A stretch of 64,000 nt of DNA from Minisyncoccota bacterium (GCA_028716745.1 JAQUPE010000002.1:29819-93818), one strand, 5' to 3'; shown: positions 28,308-36,522, counted from the stretch's first letter. Notes: generated by a model from the letters alone, not told the origin. Translations and numbers: made by a program.

Positions 28308-31300
28308 ATGAACAATAAATTTAAAAATAAAAATATGATTAAGTCTATAATTCTATTTTTGGGAATAATTATTTCTTCAACGGCCTTTGCATGGACTAAT
28401 CCCTCGGCCAATCCGACTCAAGTTACCGGAGCAATTTCAATCAGCGGCGGAAATCTTGGAGTGGGCGGCGTAACTTCCCCATCCCAATCTCTTCAAATAA
28501 AATCTTCCGCCGACAACGGAACTTATCCTTTGGACATTACCGATTCTTCCGGCAACAGAAGAGCCGCTATTTACATGGCTAACGGAAATCCCGAATTAAA
28601 TCTTTTTGATTCCGGCGGCACTCTTCGGGTAAAAATTTCTCCTTATGCCAATAACCCTAGCTATATAAACGTAAGCGGAGGAAATTTAGGAATAGGAACA
28701 ACCGCACCGGAATATAAACTACACATAGCCGGGACCGCTTATTTCGCCGGCGATACTACTGTATATGGAAACTTAGCCATAGATACCTCTGGAGGACAAA
28801 TAAAAATGAGAACCGGCACAGTCAGCGCTCCTGGCCTTCAAATTAATGGCGATCCAAATACCGGAGTCTATAGCGCCGCCGCCGATACTTTAAATGTATC
28901 AACCGCAGGCGCAAATCATATTACCGTGTTACCGTCTGGAAACGTAGGTTTTGGTTCCGGAGCTACCGCCCCAGACGGATCGTTCTATGTTAGAAATGCC
29001 GCAGGCGGCGTATTTAAATTCATGACCAGCGGAGAATTATATGTAGGCGGAACCATAGCCCAGCAAGGCGCCGAGAGCTACATGGGAAGCACTATAGTAA
29101 ATTACAGCTCCAATACTGACCTCACAGTTCAGCCTCGTACCACCTCTAAAAATTTAATACTGGCGACTGGAACTGGAAACGTAGGAATCGGAACTACTTC
29201 TCCTAAAGGAAAACTTGATGTGGGAGCAACAGGAAATATTATTTTTGGAAATGCAACAGAAAAAATAGATCTCAATGGAAATTATGTGAGATTATCCGGC
29301 AGAGGACTTGCCACTTCCGCCAGATCTATTTGGTTTGGCAGATTAAGCGATGCCAGCGACAGCCTGGCCATAGATACCGATGCTGTTATATTTGAATGGA
29401 GAAAAGGTATTGAAATGGTTGGCGATGTAACCCTCAATGGCCAGTTTTCTTTCAGCGGCAGCGGCTACTATCTTATGCTTCAAGGAAAAACAATTTACGG
29501 CGCAACTACAACCTCCGGAAATCTTACTCTTAATTCAACGTCTAATGCTACAAAAGGATTTGTCTTTCTTAATCCTTCTGGAGGAAGCGTGGGCGTAGCC
29601 ACCACTTCTCCAGGAGCCACATTCGCAGTTAACGGAGCTATTTATACAAATACCGGATTTAGATTCCCCGACGGAAGCATGCTGACAAATGGCGCCGGCT
29701 TAGGAGCGTGGTCTAAGTCAGGAAATTATTTATATCTGACCACCAGCTCCGACAATGTAGGCATCGGCACCTCTAGTCCGACAGAAAAACTTTATGTTGA
29801 TTCTGGAAATATCGGAGTAGATGAAGGATATAGCATGCTTTGGGGAGGAGCGGCTATATCAACACTTAATTATAATAATGGTTTGTATAAATTATATTAT
29901 AACGGCGATAACGATGGGTCCTTAGGAATTAATTTGGGAAGCAATATAATAAATATTTATTCTACTGGAAACTCATCTAATTTAACTTTTGGAGCAAACG
30001 ATTATAGCAGAAGAATAGTGATTACTCCTGCCGGAAATATCGGTATCAGTTCGACAGACCCAGGAACAGAATTAGACGTAACGGGAAGAGCCAGATTTTC
30101 TCAGGGAATACAGATAACCGGAGTAACCACATTCCCCGCCGGAACAGGAATTATTTTAAGAGACCAAACAAATTATAAAGAAATCCAATCATTTGATGTC
30201 TCTCCCCTCGCCTTAAACCCCGCCGGCAATAATGTCGGTATAGGAACAACCGCCCCAACTGCCCTATTTATGGTTTCTTCCTCAGGAACCGATCAAGCAG
30301 TCTTTAGATCTACCGATACTTCTTATGGAACCATGGGCGTTGATGTTGGAGGCACCGGCATTCCTAATGTCCAATTTAAACAAGCCGGAACTTCTAAGGC
30401 AGCGATTGGAGTTAATAACGCCGGACAATTAATATTTGGAATAACAAACACCACTGGCCCGAAAATGATTATTGGTTCAAACGGAAATGTTGGTGTTGGA
30501 TCAACAACGCCTATGGCCCAATTGCATGTAGCAGGAAATATACCAAGCGCAGCAGCAGGATCAACTTCTACGGGCAGTACGCCTGGCTCAGTCTTTATCC
30601 AAGGAAGATATGCCTATGTATTAAATTCAGTCGACAGAACCTTGCAGATTTTTGATGTTTCTAATCCTTCCGCTCCAATAAGCAAAGGAACAGCTACTAC
30701 AATAGGAGCATCTCAAGATCGTCCTCAAAATTTATATGTCCAAGGGAAATACGCATACTTAGCAGTTGATCATAATTATGGAAGCGAGCCGGGAACCATT
30801 CAGATTTTTGATGTTTCTAATCCTACTGCGCCAACAAATATAAGCATGGTAACAGCCGGCGATATTCCGGTTTCCGTATACGTCCAAGATAAATATGCAT
30901 ATGTTGTAAATTATGGAACAACAGATACGTTTAAAATTTTCGATATTTCCAATCCTTTCCAACCCACTCAAATAGGAACTATAAATACAACCTATTATGA
31001 TCCTACTTCTGTGTTTGTTCAGGGAAGATATGCTTACATTGTTTATGAAAACTCTTCCAGGCTTGAGATATTCGATATTTCTAATCCCGCAACGCCCATT
31101 AGTACAGGCTCTGTGAATACCGGCGCAAACGGCGCAACGGCAGTCTATGTTCAAGGAAGATATGCGTATATAGCAATGGATGGAAATTTTAAAATCGTTG
31201 ATATTTCCAATCCTGCCGCGCCCGCCAATAAAGGATCATTAAGCATCGTAGGATTTGAAATTGTTGTTCAAGGAAAATATGCATATCTGGCAGATGCAAG

Positions 31301-32555
31301 ATCTAATGTTATTAGAGTTATAGATGTTTCCAATGTTGACTCGCCCGTATTGATAGGATCTATGGGCACAGGAGGCTGGCCAGGATCTTTGGCCGTCCAA
31401 GGAAGATATGCGTATGTAGTAAATGGCACGTCTAATACTCTTCAAGTCTTCGACCTCGGCGGAGCCTACATACAGCAATTGGAAGCAGGCGGAATAGAAA
31501 CAGGAACTTTGTCTATAAGGACAAATGCTTCAATCAATAATGATTTGGATATAAGAGGAGGCTTGCAGATAGGAGGCGGACTGGCAGCATATGGAGCTTC
31601 TTCATTCTTCAGCACCAGTACTGACAGCGTCTTTACTGTTGGGAGAAAAGGAGCGACATATCCTACTGTATTCAAACAAGGTACGGATGGAGCTTTTGTC
31701 TTAAATAATAATAATGCCGATGTTATGACGTTAAAATCCAGCAAGATTGGTATTGGAACTACCACTCCTAGCTTGTCTTATGGAACTCTTACTGTTGGAG
31801 GCACAGGACTGACTATTTCTGACGATGGCAATGCTAAATTGCAGATTGGAAGATATAGCGCGGCCAACGATTATTCTTATTTCAAACTTACCCCGGGATC
31901 ATTTGGATTTAAATTTTCAAGTGCCAACGATTCTTCCGACTTGGTTATTATAGATTCTAATGGAGTAGATCTTGGAACGTCTGATGCTGATAGCCATAAA
32001 CTTGATGTTAATGGAACGCTTAACGCCACAAGCCTTTATGAAAATGGAACGGCTCTCTCCGCTTCTTATGTAGCAAGAAATAATTGGGCAACCCACGACA
32101 GCTATCCATCCGCTTGCGCCGCCGGCACTTTCTTAACCGGAATTGGAGATACCCTAACATGCGGATTCAGCAAAACTCCTTTCTTCTCCGCTAAAACAAG
32201 CTCTCAAGCAGTTTCTCCAAGCCAAACCACATGGACAACCGTTACTGTTCCCGCGGGCAACTATTCATGCAATACCGGATACTACAATGTTTCAGTCAGC
32301 TGGACAGCAGGTTTTGAGAGCGACATAACACAAGGAAGCTGGGCAGAAGCTGCCGTTGGAGTAGACGGATCTCCTAGATGCGTCAATTCTAAACCGTATT
32401 TTTCCTCAAAAGGTAATGAAACTTGGGCAATTTCATGCATGGTTTATTGTTCTGGAGCGCAAACGATTTCTATGATGATGAGGAGCAACGATACCGGCTT
32501 TACCATTCAATCTGGCGCCGGATCTTATCTCTCTGTAGTCTTTGTAAGCTATTAA
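28308..32555 (+). CDS. Giant secreted repeat protein 3, 1415 aa
   Basis: Colinear paralog; signal peptide ending AFA|W; same repeats. Confidence 0.85.
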   Translation: MNNKFKNKNMIKSIILFLGIIISSTAFAWTNPSANPTQVTGAISISGGNLGVGGVTSPSQSLQIKSSADNGTYPLDITDSSGNRRAAIYMANGNPELNLFDSGGTLRVKISPYANNPSYINVSGGNLGIGTTAPEYKLHIAGTAYFAGDTTVYGNLAIDTSGGQIKMRTGTVSAPGLQINGDPNTGVYSAAADTLNVSTAGANHITVLPSGNVGFGSGATAPDGSFYVRNAAGGVFKFMTSGELYVGGTIAQQGAESYMGSTIVNYSSNTDLTVQPRTTSKNLILATGTGNVGIGTTSPKGKLDVGATGNIIFGNATEKIDLNGNYVRLSGRGLATSARSIWFGRLSDASDSLAIDTDAVIFEWRKGIEMVGDVTLNGQFSFSGSGYYLMLQGKTIYGATTTSGNLTLNSTSNATKGFVFLNPSGGSVGVATTSPGATFAVNGAIYTNTGFRFPDGSMLTNGAGLGAWSKSGNYLYLTTSSDNVGIGTSSPTEKLYVDSGNIGVDEGYSMLWGGAAISTLNYNNGLYKLYYNGDNDGSLGINLGSNIINIYSTGNSSNLTFGANDYSRRIVITPAGNIGISSTDPGTELDVTGRARFSQGIQITGVTTFPAGTGIILRDQTNYKEIQSFDVSPLALNPAGNNVGIGTTAPTALFMVSSSGTDQAVFRSTDTSYGTMGVDVGGTGIPNVQFKQAGTSKAAIGVNNAGQLIFGITNTTGPKMIIGSNGNVGVGSTTPMAQLHVAGNIPSAAAGSTSTGSTPGSVFIQGRYAYVLNSVDRTLQIFDVSNPSAPISKGTATTIGASQDRPQNLYVQGKYAYLAVDHNYGSEPGTIQIFDVSNPTAPTNISMVTAGDIPVSVYVQDKYAYVVNYGTTDTFKIFDISNPFQPTQIGTINTTYYDPTSVFVQGRYAYIVYENSSRLEIFDISNPATPISTGSVNTGANGATAVYVQGRYAYIAMDGNFKIVDISNPAAPANKGSLSIVGFEIVVQGKYAYLADARSNVIRVIDVSNVDSPVLIGSMGTGGWPGSLAVQGRYAYVVNGTSNTLQVFDLGGAYIQQLEAGGIETGTLSIRTNASINNDLDIRGGLQIGGGLAAYGASSFFSTSTDSVFTVGRKGATYPTVFKQGTDGAFVLNNNNADVMTLKSSKIGIGTTTPSLSYGTLTVGGTGLTISDDGNAKLQIGRYSAANDYSYFKLTPGSFGFKFSSANDSSDLVIIDSNGVDLGTSDADSHKLDVNGTLNATSLYENGTALSASYVARNNWATHDSYPSACAAGTFLTGIGDTLTCGFSKTPFFSAKTSSQAVSPSQTTWTTVTVPAGNYSCNTGYYNVSVSWTAGFESDITQGSWAEAAVGVDGSPRCVNSKPYFSSKGNETWAISCMVYCSGAQTISMMMRSNDTGFTIQSGAGSYLSVVFVSY
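31450..31864 (+). repeat. 415-bp near-identical tract shared with 27135-27549
   Basis: See the partner copy. Confidence 0.85.
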
Positions 32556-32568
32556 TACCTAAACTAAT

Positions 32569-32598
32569 AAAAAACACCGCTTATCGCGGTGTTTTTTT
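32569..32598. terminator. Bidirectional terminator
   Basis: AAAAAACACCGC-TTATC-GCGGTGTTTTTTT. Confidence 0.85.
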
Positions 32599-32600
32599 GC

Positions 32601-32750
32601 TTATTTTTTGTTATCAAAAAATCTTATAAAGTGAAGGAAGTTGAAAAACAATAGATAATTCCAAGGATTATATATTCCCATAAACCCTAAAAAACCGAGA
32701 AATCCCAAAAAACCCATCCACTTGCTTTTTCCTATATTTTTTAAAAACAT
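32601..32750 (-). CDS. Small membrane protein, 49 aa, with a (GFL)n repeat (DUF3796-like); not in the ORF track
   Basis: Hand-translated MFLKNIGKSKWMGFLGFLGFLGFMGIYNPWNYLLFFNFLHFIRFFDNKK; the stop abuts the terminator. Confidence 0.65.
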   Translation of the reverse strand: MFLKNIGKSKWMGFLGFLGFLGFMGIYNPWNYLLFFNFLHFIRFFDNKK

Positions 32751-32842
32751 TGATTTTTAATTACATTAATTTCTAATTACTTCAACCTGCTAACCTCTGA
32801 TTTAATTATAATCTATAGAATCGATAAAACAAAACACATCTA

Positions 32843-33223
32843 TTATATCTTTTTTATCTCTTCTAATAAAACGCTGACCGAATCAACTATTTTTACTTTC
32901 GGATAAAAGAAAAAAATATTTGTATGCAAATGCTTATTTCCTACTACAAAAATCTTCTTATTTTCCGCTAAAGCAATGCCAAACTCGGCATGCATGCCTG
33001 TTCCTGCCCTATCGGTAATTAAAACAAAAACATCGCACTTTTTTATTCCGGCCAAAGCCAGCTTAGCGATTCTCGTTGCCCGTCTTGGATCTTTATCGCA
33101 AGGCTGGCCTATTAGTTGCTCAGTCCAATCAAAAGTCGTGGAATGGCCGGATTTCCTCAATTTTTCGGATAATCGCCTGACTAAACCCGCCCTTTTTGTT
33201 CTTGAAGCTATATAAAATTTCAT
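32843..33223 (-). CDS. Nucleoside 2-deoxyribosyltransferase-like protein
   Basis: MKFYIAS, TFDWT, GIKKCDVFV, GTGMHAEFGIA; start placed at MKFY. Confidence 0.75.
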   Translation of the reverse strand: MKFYIASRTKRAGLVRRLSEKLRKSGHSTTFDWTEQLIGQPCDKDPRRATRIAKLALAGIKKCDVFVLITDRAGTGMHAEFGIALAENKKIFVVGNKHLHTNIFFFYPKVKIVDSVSVLLEEIKKI

Positions 33224-33237
33224 TTGATAATAATTTT

Positions 33238-33513
33238 TTAGATAAACCCCCGCTTGCAATCCATTCTGGCCAATCTGCGAGATTGTTTATTTGTCATAAT
33301 TCCAAGCACTTCCGCATGCGCCATTATCCATCCAATCCATCTGCCCGCTTTAACCGAATCATCAAATTTTTGCATCTCTTTCATCATCCAAAGAAGATAT
33401 GCGGGCATATTTTCCTGACTTTCGTTTGGCTTGGCTTTCGGAAACTTCTTTTTTAATCTGACGGAAATAAAACCTATTACATTCGGGTAATATTTTATGC
33501 GCTTATTTACCAT
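33238..33513 (-). CDS. Hypothetical protein (KAGRWIGW motif), translationally coupled to secA
   Basis: The ATG at 33513 overlaps the secA 3' end; helical 91-aa protein. Confidence 0.6.
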   Translation of the reverse strand: MVNKRIKYYPNVIGFISVRLKKKFPKAKPNESQENMPAYLLWMMKEMQKFDDSVKAGRWIGWIMAHAEVLGIMTNKQSRRLARMDCKRGFI

Positions 33514-35848
33514 GGCATTTTTTGAATTTTTTCCCGCTTCCGCACGGACATAAATCATTACGGCTAACATTTTTATAATCCCCCGCCAAATCTATTTTCT
33601 TTTCCGCCGGTTTTTTACCGGAATCTTTCGCGCTTGATTGAGAAAGCAAAACCTCTTTATTTTGTTCAAGCCATTTTTCAAATTCCTCGTTCATTCTCTT
33701 AAATAACATGCTCCCTTCACGGCGATATTCCACCAGCGGATCATGCTGCCCATAAGCTCTTAAACGAACCGATTCCCTCAAAGATTCCATATCTTCCAAA
33801 TGATTCATCCAATAAAAATCCAAAACAGCCAGTACTTGCGGATGTTTTATATTTTTTTCTTCTCCTGAAACTAAAATTTTAATGCCCGAATTTAATATAT
33901 CCCTTCTCTTTTTATAAATTGCCAAACGCTGCTTGTTTAATACATCATCATATTCCAAAAGATTTTTTCTGGCGTCAAAATTGAACCCTTCAACTTTTGC
34001 CTGCGCCTGAGAAACCGCCCTTGAAATAAATCCGGATTCTATCGGAACATCATCGGGAATATTCAAATTTTCCATCATGCTTTTTATTTTTCCCCCGCCG
34101 AAAATTCTTAACAAATCATCTTCTAAAGATAAAAAGAATGCTGATGAACCGGGATCTCCCTGTCTGCCGGAACGTCCGCGAAGCTGATTGTCTATGCGCC
34201 TAGCTTCATGCCTTTCTGTCCCAATAACGTGCAAACCGCCCAAATTTTTAACCTTTTCGGCTTCTGCCGGACTTGGCGGATTTCCGCCCAAAATTATATC
34301 TACGCCTCGTCCCGCCATGTTGGTAGCAATAGTTACGGCGCCCAAACGTCCCGCCTGTGCTACAATCGCGCCCTCGCGTTCATTATTCTTGGCATTTAAC
34401 ATTTCAAACCTGACGCCAGCCCGTCCCAATCTGTCAGCTAGTGCCTCATTTTTTTCTATAGAAATTGTTCCAACCAATACCGGCTGGCCTTTTTCCTGCC
34501 TTTCTTTAATATCCTTAGCCACTGCTTCAAACTTCGCTTCTTCATTTTTATAAATTAAATCGGGAAGATTTTTCCTGGCTATCGGCTTATTAGTAGGAAT
34601 ACTAACTACTTTTAACCCGTAAACTTTATCAAATTCCTCTGCAGATGTCTGTGCAGTACCGGTCATCCCCGCTAATTTTTCATAAAGACGGAAATAATTT
34701 TGAATCGTTATTTGCGCGTAAGTTCTCGATTCATTTTGAACAAAAACCCCCTCTTTTGCTTCTATTGCCTGATGCAATCCGCCTGAATATCTCCTACCCT
34801 GCATCAAACGGCCCGTAAATTGATCGACGATGATTATTTCTCCATTCTTCACAACATAATCTTTATCTTTTTTAAAAAGCCCATAAGCCTTTAACATTTC
34901 CTGCAAATAGTGAGTCAGGCGTAAATTTTCCGAAGAAAATAATTCTTTAATGCGTAAAGCTTTCTCTACCTTATCAATTCCCTCTTGAGTTATATCCGCC
35001 GATCTCGTTTTTTCATCAACAATATAGTCTTCATCTTTATTTAAAGAAGCCACCACTCTGGCAAATGTTTTGTAATAACCGCTCGATTCTTCATCGGGCG
35101 CAGAAATAATAAGCGGTGTACGCGCCTCATCGATTAAAATGCTGTCTATTTCATCAATGACCGCAAAATAATGCTCTCTCTGAACTTGTTCTCCGGAAGA
35201 ATAAACTAAGTTGTCTCTTAAATAATCAAAACCAAATTCATGATTTGTTCCATAAGTAATGTCCGCCGCATAAGCTTCTTTTCTGGTAATGGGCCTAAGA
35301 TATTCCTGCTGGACCAAAAAGTTTCCTTTTGTGTCTCTTTCTTTATCCAATAAATTATCGGCATTTTTTGAGATATGCAAAGGGTCATAAATAAGAGCCC
35401 CCTCATGGATCAAACAGGCTACTTTTAGGCCTAAAAAGTGAAAAATTTGCCCCATCCAGACCGCATCTCTCTTGGCTAGGTATTCATTAACAGTTACCAC
35501 ATGAACGCCTCTCCCAGACAAAGCGTTCAAATATATCGGCGCTGTTGAAGCCAGCGTTTTTCCTTCGCCGGTGGCCATCTCTGCAATTTTTCCTTCATGC
35601 AAAACTATTCCTCCTATCAGCTGAACATCGAAATGTCTTTGGCTTAAAGTTCTCTTCGCCGCTTCGCGAACCAGAGCAAAAGCTCTTATCATTTTTTCTT
35701 CTCCATCAGGAAAATCTTTAAGCTTTTTGCTTTCAGCCAAAATTTCCCCATCTTTTAAATCGGAAATTTCTTTTTCTAGTCCGTTGATTTTTTCTACCGC
35801 CGGTTTAAGTTTCCTGACGGGATCAAAAAATAATGATAATAATCCCAT
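33503..35848 (-). CDS. secA: Preprotein translocase ATPase SecA
   Basis: EMATGEGKTL, IDEIDSILIDEARTPLIIS, ATNMAGRGVDI, RRIDNQLRGRSGRQGDPG, SEC-C motif CPCGSGKKFKKCHG. Confidence 0.98.
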   Translation of the reverse strand: MGLLSLFFDPVRKLKPAVEKINGLEKEISDLKDGEILAESKKLKDFPDGEEKMIRAFALVREAAKRTLSQRHFDVQLIGGIVLHEGKIAEMATGEGKTLASTAPIYLNALSGRGVHVVTVNEYLAKRDAVWMGQIFHFLGLKVACLIHEGALIYDPLHISKNADNLLDKERDTKGNFLVQQEYLRPITRKEAYAADITYGTNHEFGFDYLRDNLVYSSGEQVQREHYFAVIDEIDSILIDEARTPLIISAPDEESSGYYKTFARVVASLNKDEDYIVDEKTRSADITQEGIDKVEKALRIKELFSSENLRLTHYLQEMLKAYGLFKKDKDYVVKNGEIIIVDQFTGRLMQGRRYSGGLHQAIEAKEGVFVQNESRTYAQITIQNYFRLYEKLAGMTGTAQTSAEEFDKVYGLKVVSIPTNKPIARKNLPDLIYKNEEAKFEAVAKDIKERQEKGQPVLVGTISIEKNEALADRLGRAGVRFEMLNAKNNEREGAIVAQAGRLGAVTIATNMAGRGVDIILGGNPPSPAEAEKVKNLGGLHVIGTERHEARRIDNQLRGRSGRQGDPGSSAFFLSLEDDLLRIFGGGKIKSMMENLNIPDDVPIESGFISRAVSQAQAKVEGFNFDARKNLLEYDDVLNKQRLAIYKKRRDILNSGIKILVSGEEKNIKHPQVLAVLDFYWMNHLEDMESLRESVRLRAYGQHDPLVEYRREGSMLFKRMNEEFEKWLEQNKEVLLSQSSAKDSGKKPAEKKIDLAGDYKNVSRNDLCPCGSGKKFKKCHGK

Positions 35849-35867
35849 AAAAATTAACTCGGCCTAA

Positions 35868-36206
35868 TTATTTATGGCCGAATTTTTCCAAAGAAGATGT
35901 TTTTTCCTTAAAACTGACTGCTTCTTTTTTAATTTTGTCCTTCACTTTATCTATCACCCCATGGACATCGTCTCCCTCGCATTCCGCTCTCAACAACTTT
36001 CCCCCCACCGTTAAATTTACCTCCGCATAATAAACATCGCCTTTATGATGATGATTGGTAGACCTAGAAAGTTCAAACCTGGCCAAAACCGAACCCTCTT
36101 CTTCCCATTTTTTAAGAATACTGCCCAATGGCAAAATTTTATCTTCTATATATTCCTTTATTGAAGGAGTGGAGTCTAAATTTTCTAATTCTATTTTTAA
36201 TTCCAT
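35868..36206 (-). CDS. raiA: Ribosome hibernation factor RaiA/HPF (short form)
   Basis: NL..TPSIKEYIEDKI, HHHKGDVYYAEVNL, LRAE....D....ID. Confidence 0.85.
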   Translation of the reverse strand: MELKIELENLDSTPSIKEYIEDKILPLGSILKKWEEEGSVLARFELSRSTNHHHKGDVYYAEVNLTVGGKLLRAECEGDDVHGVIDKVKDKIKKEAVSFKEKTSSLEKFGHK

Positions 36207-36331
36207 AAATTTTTAATTTTAATTAATTACTCGGCCGCTCATCTATAACCGCAAAAAAATTACGGGTATAAATGAGCGGTAGAGGTGACCTCCAATTCTA
36301 TTTGTATTTAGTGAGTGCGCTACTACCGCTC
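36207..36331 (-). promoter_or_regulatory. Structured bistable 5' leader of raiA
   Basis: Segment 2 (36267-36282) can pair with segment 1 (36323-36331, 9 bp) or with segment 3 (36235-36247, 13 bp). Confidence 0.65.
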
Positions 36332-36337
36332 AAGATA

Positions 36338-36366
36338 ATTATATGGAAAAACGGGCAAATTAACAA
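36338..36366 (-). promoter_or_regulatory. Promoter of the raiA leader
   Basis: TTGTTA-17 nt-TATAAT; predicted +1 is the G at 36331. Confidence 0.65.
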
Positions 36367-36377
36367 ATAAGCCCCTT

Positions 36378-36472
36378 AAATACTTAAAGACCCCTTGCGG
36401 GGTCTTTAAGCTACAAATAGAGAAGGGCAATCCTTAATTGATATAATCACCTAAGGAGTGCTCACACTCACT
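36378..36472 (-). ncRNA. Candidate small RNA (~90-95 nt) complementary to the raiA leader
   Basis: Own promoter; 5' arm, central hairpin (36427-36461), 3' arm, and a GCAA-tetraloop terminator hairpin (36383-36410); no minus-strand ORF. Confidence 0.65.
36383..36410 (-). terminator. Terminator-like hairpin
   Basis: CTTAAAGACCCC-GCAA-GGGGTCTTTAAG-TATTT on the minus strand. Confidence 0.75.
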
Positions 36473-36478
36473 GACAGT

Positions 36479-36507
36479 AGTGTATCACACTATCGTAAAA
36501 AAAGCAA
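36479..36507 (-). promoter_or_regulatory. Promoter of the candidate sRNA
   Basis: TTGCTT-17 nt-TACACT with TG extension; predicted +1 is the A at 36472. Confidence 0.65.
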
Positions 36508-36522
36508 GGGGGTCGCCTATAT

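Noticed and set aside
22040-31460. Periodic CAAGGAAGATATGC / GATATTTCnAATCC repeats as a possible CRISPR array
   Set aside because: They are in-frame LVIVD protein repeats with synonymous variation inside long ORFs.
27135-31864. 415-bp repeat pair as a DGR template/variable repeat
   Set aside because: Both copies are coding and mid-gene, the differences are not adenine-specific, and no reverse transcriptase is in the window.
32775-32800. AGAGGTTAGCAGGTTG (minus strand) as a preQ1-like riboswitch
   Set aside because: The complementary stem strand and matching 3' tail are absent.
36207-36507. Identification as tmRNA, SRP RNA, 6S RNA or a type I toxin-antitoxin locus
   Set aside because: No tRNA-like ends, SRP loop motif, long 6S-like rod or toxin ORF was seen; a cmscan is still needed.
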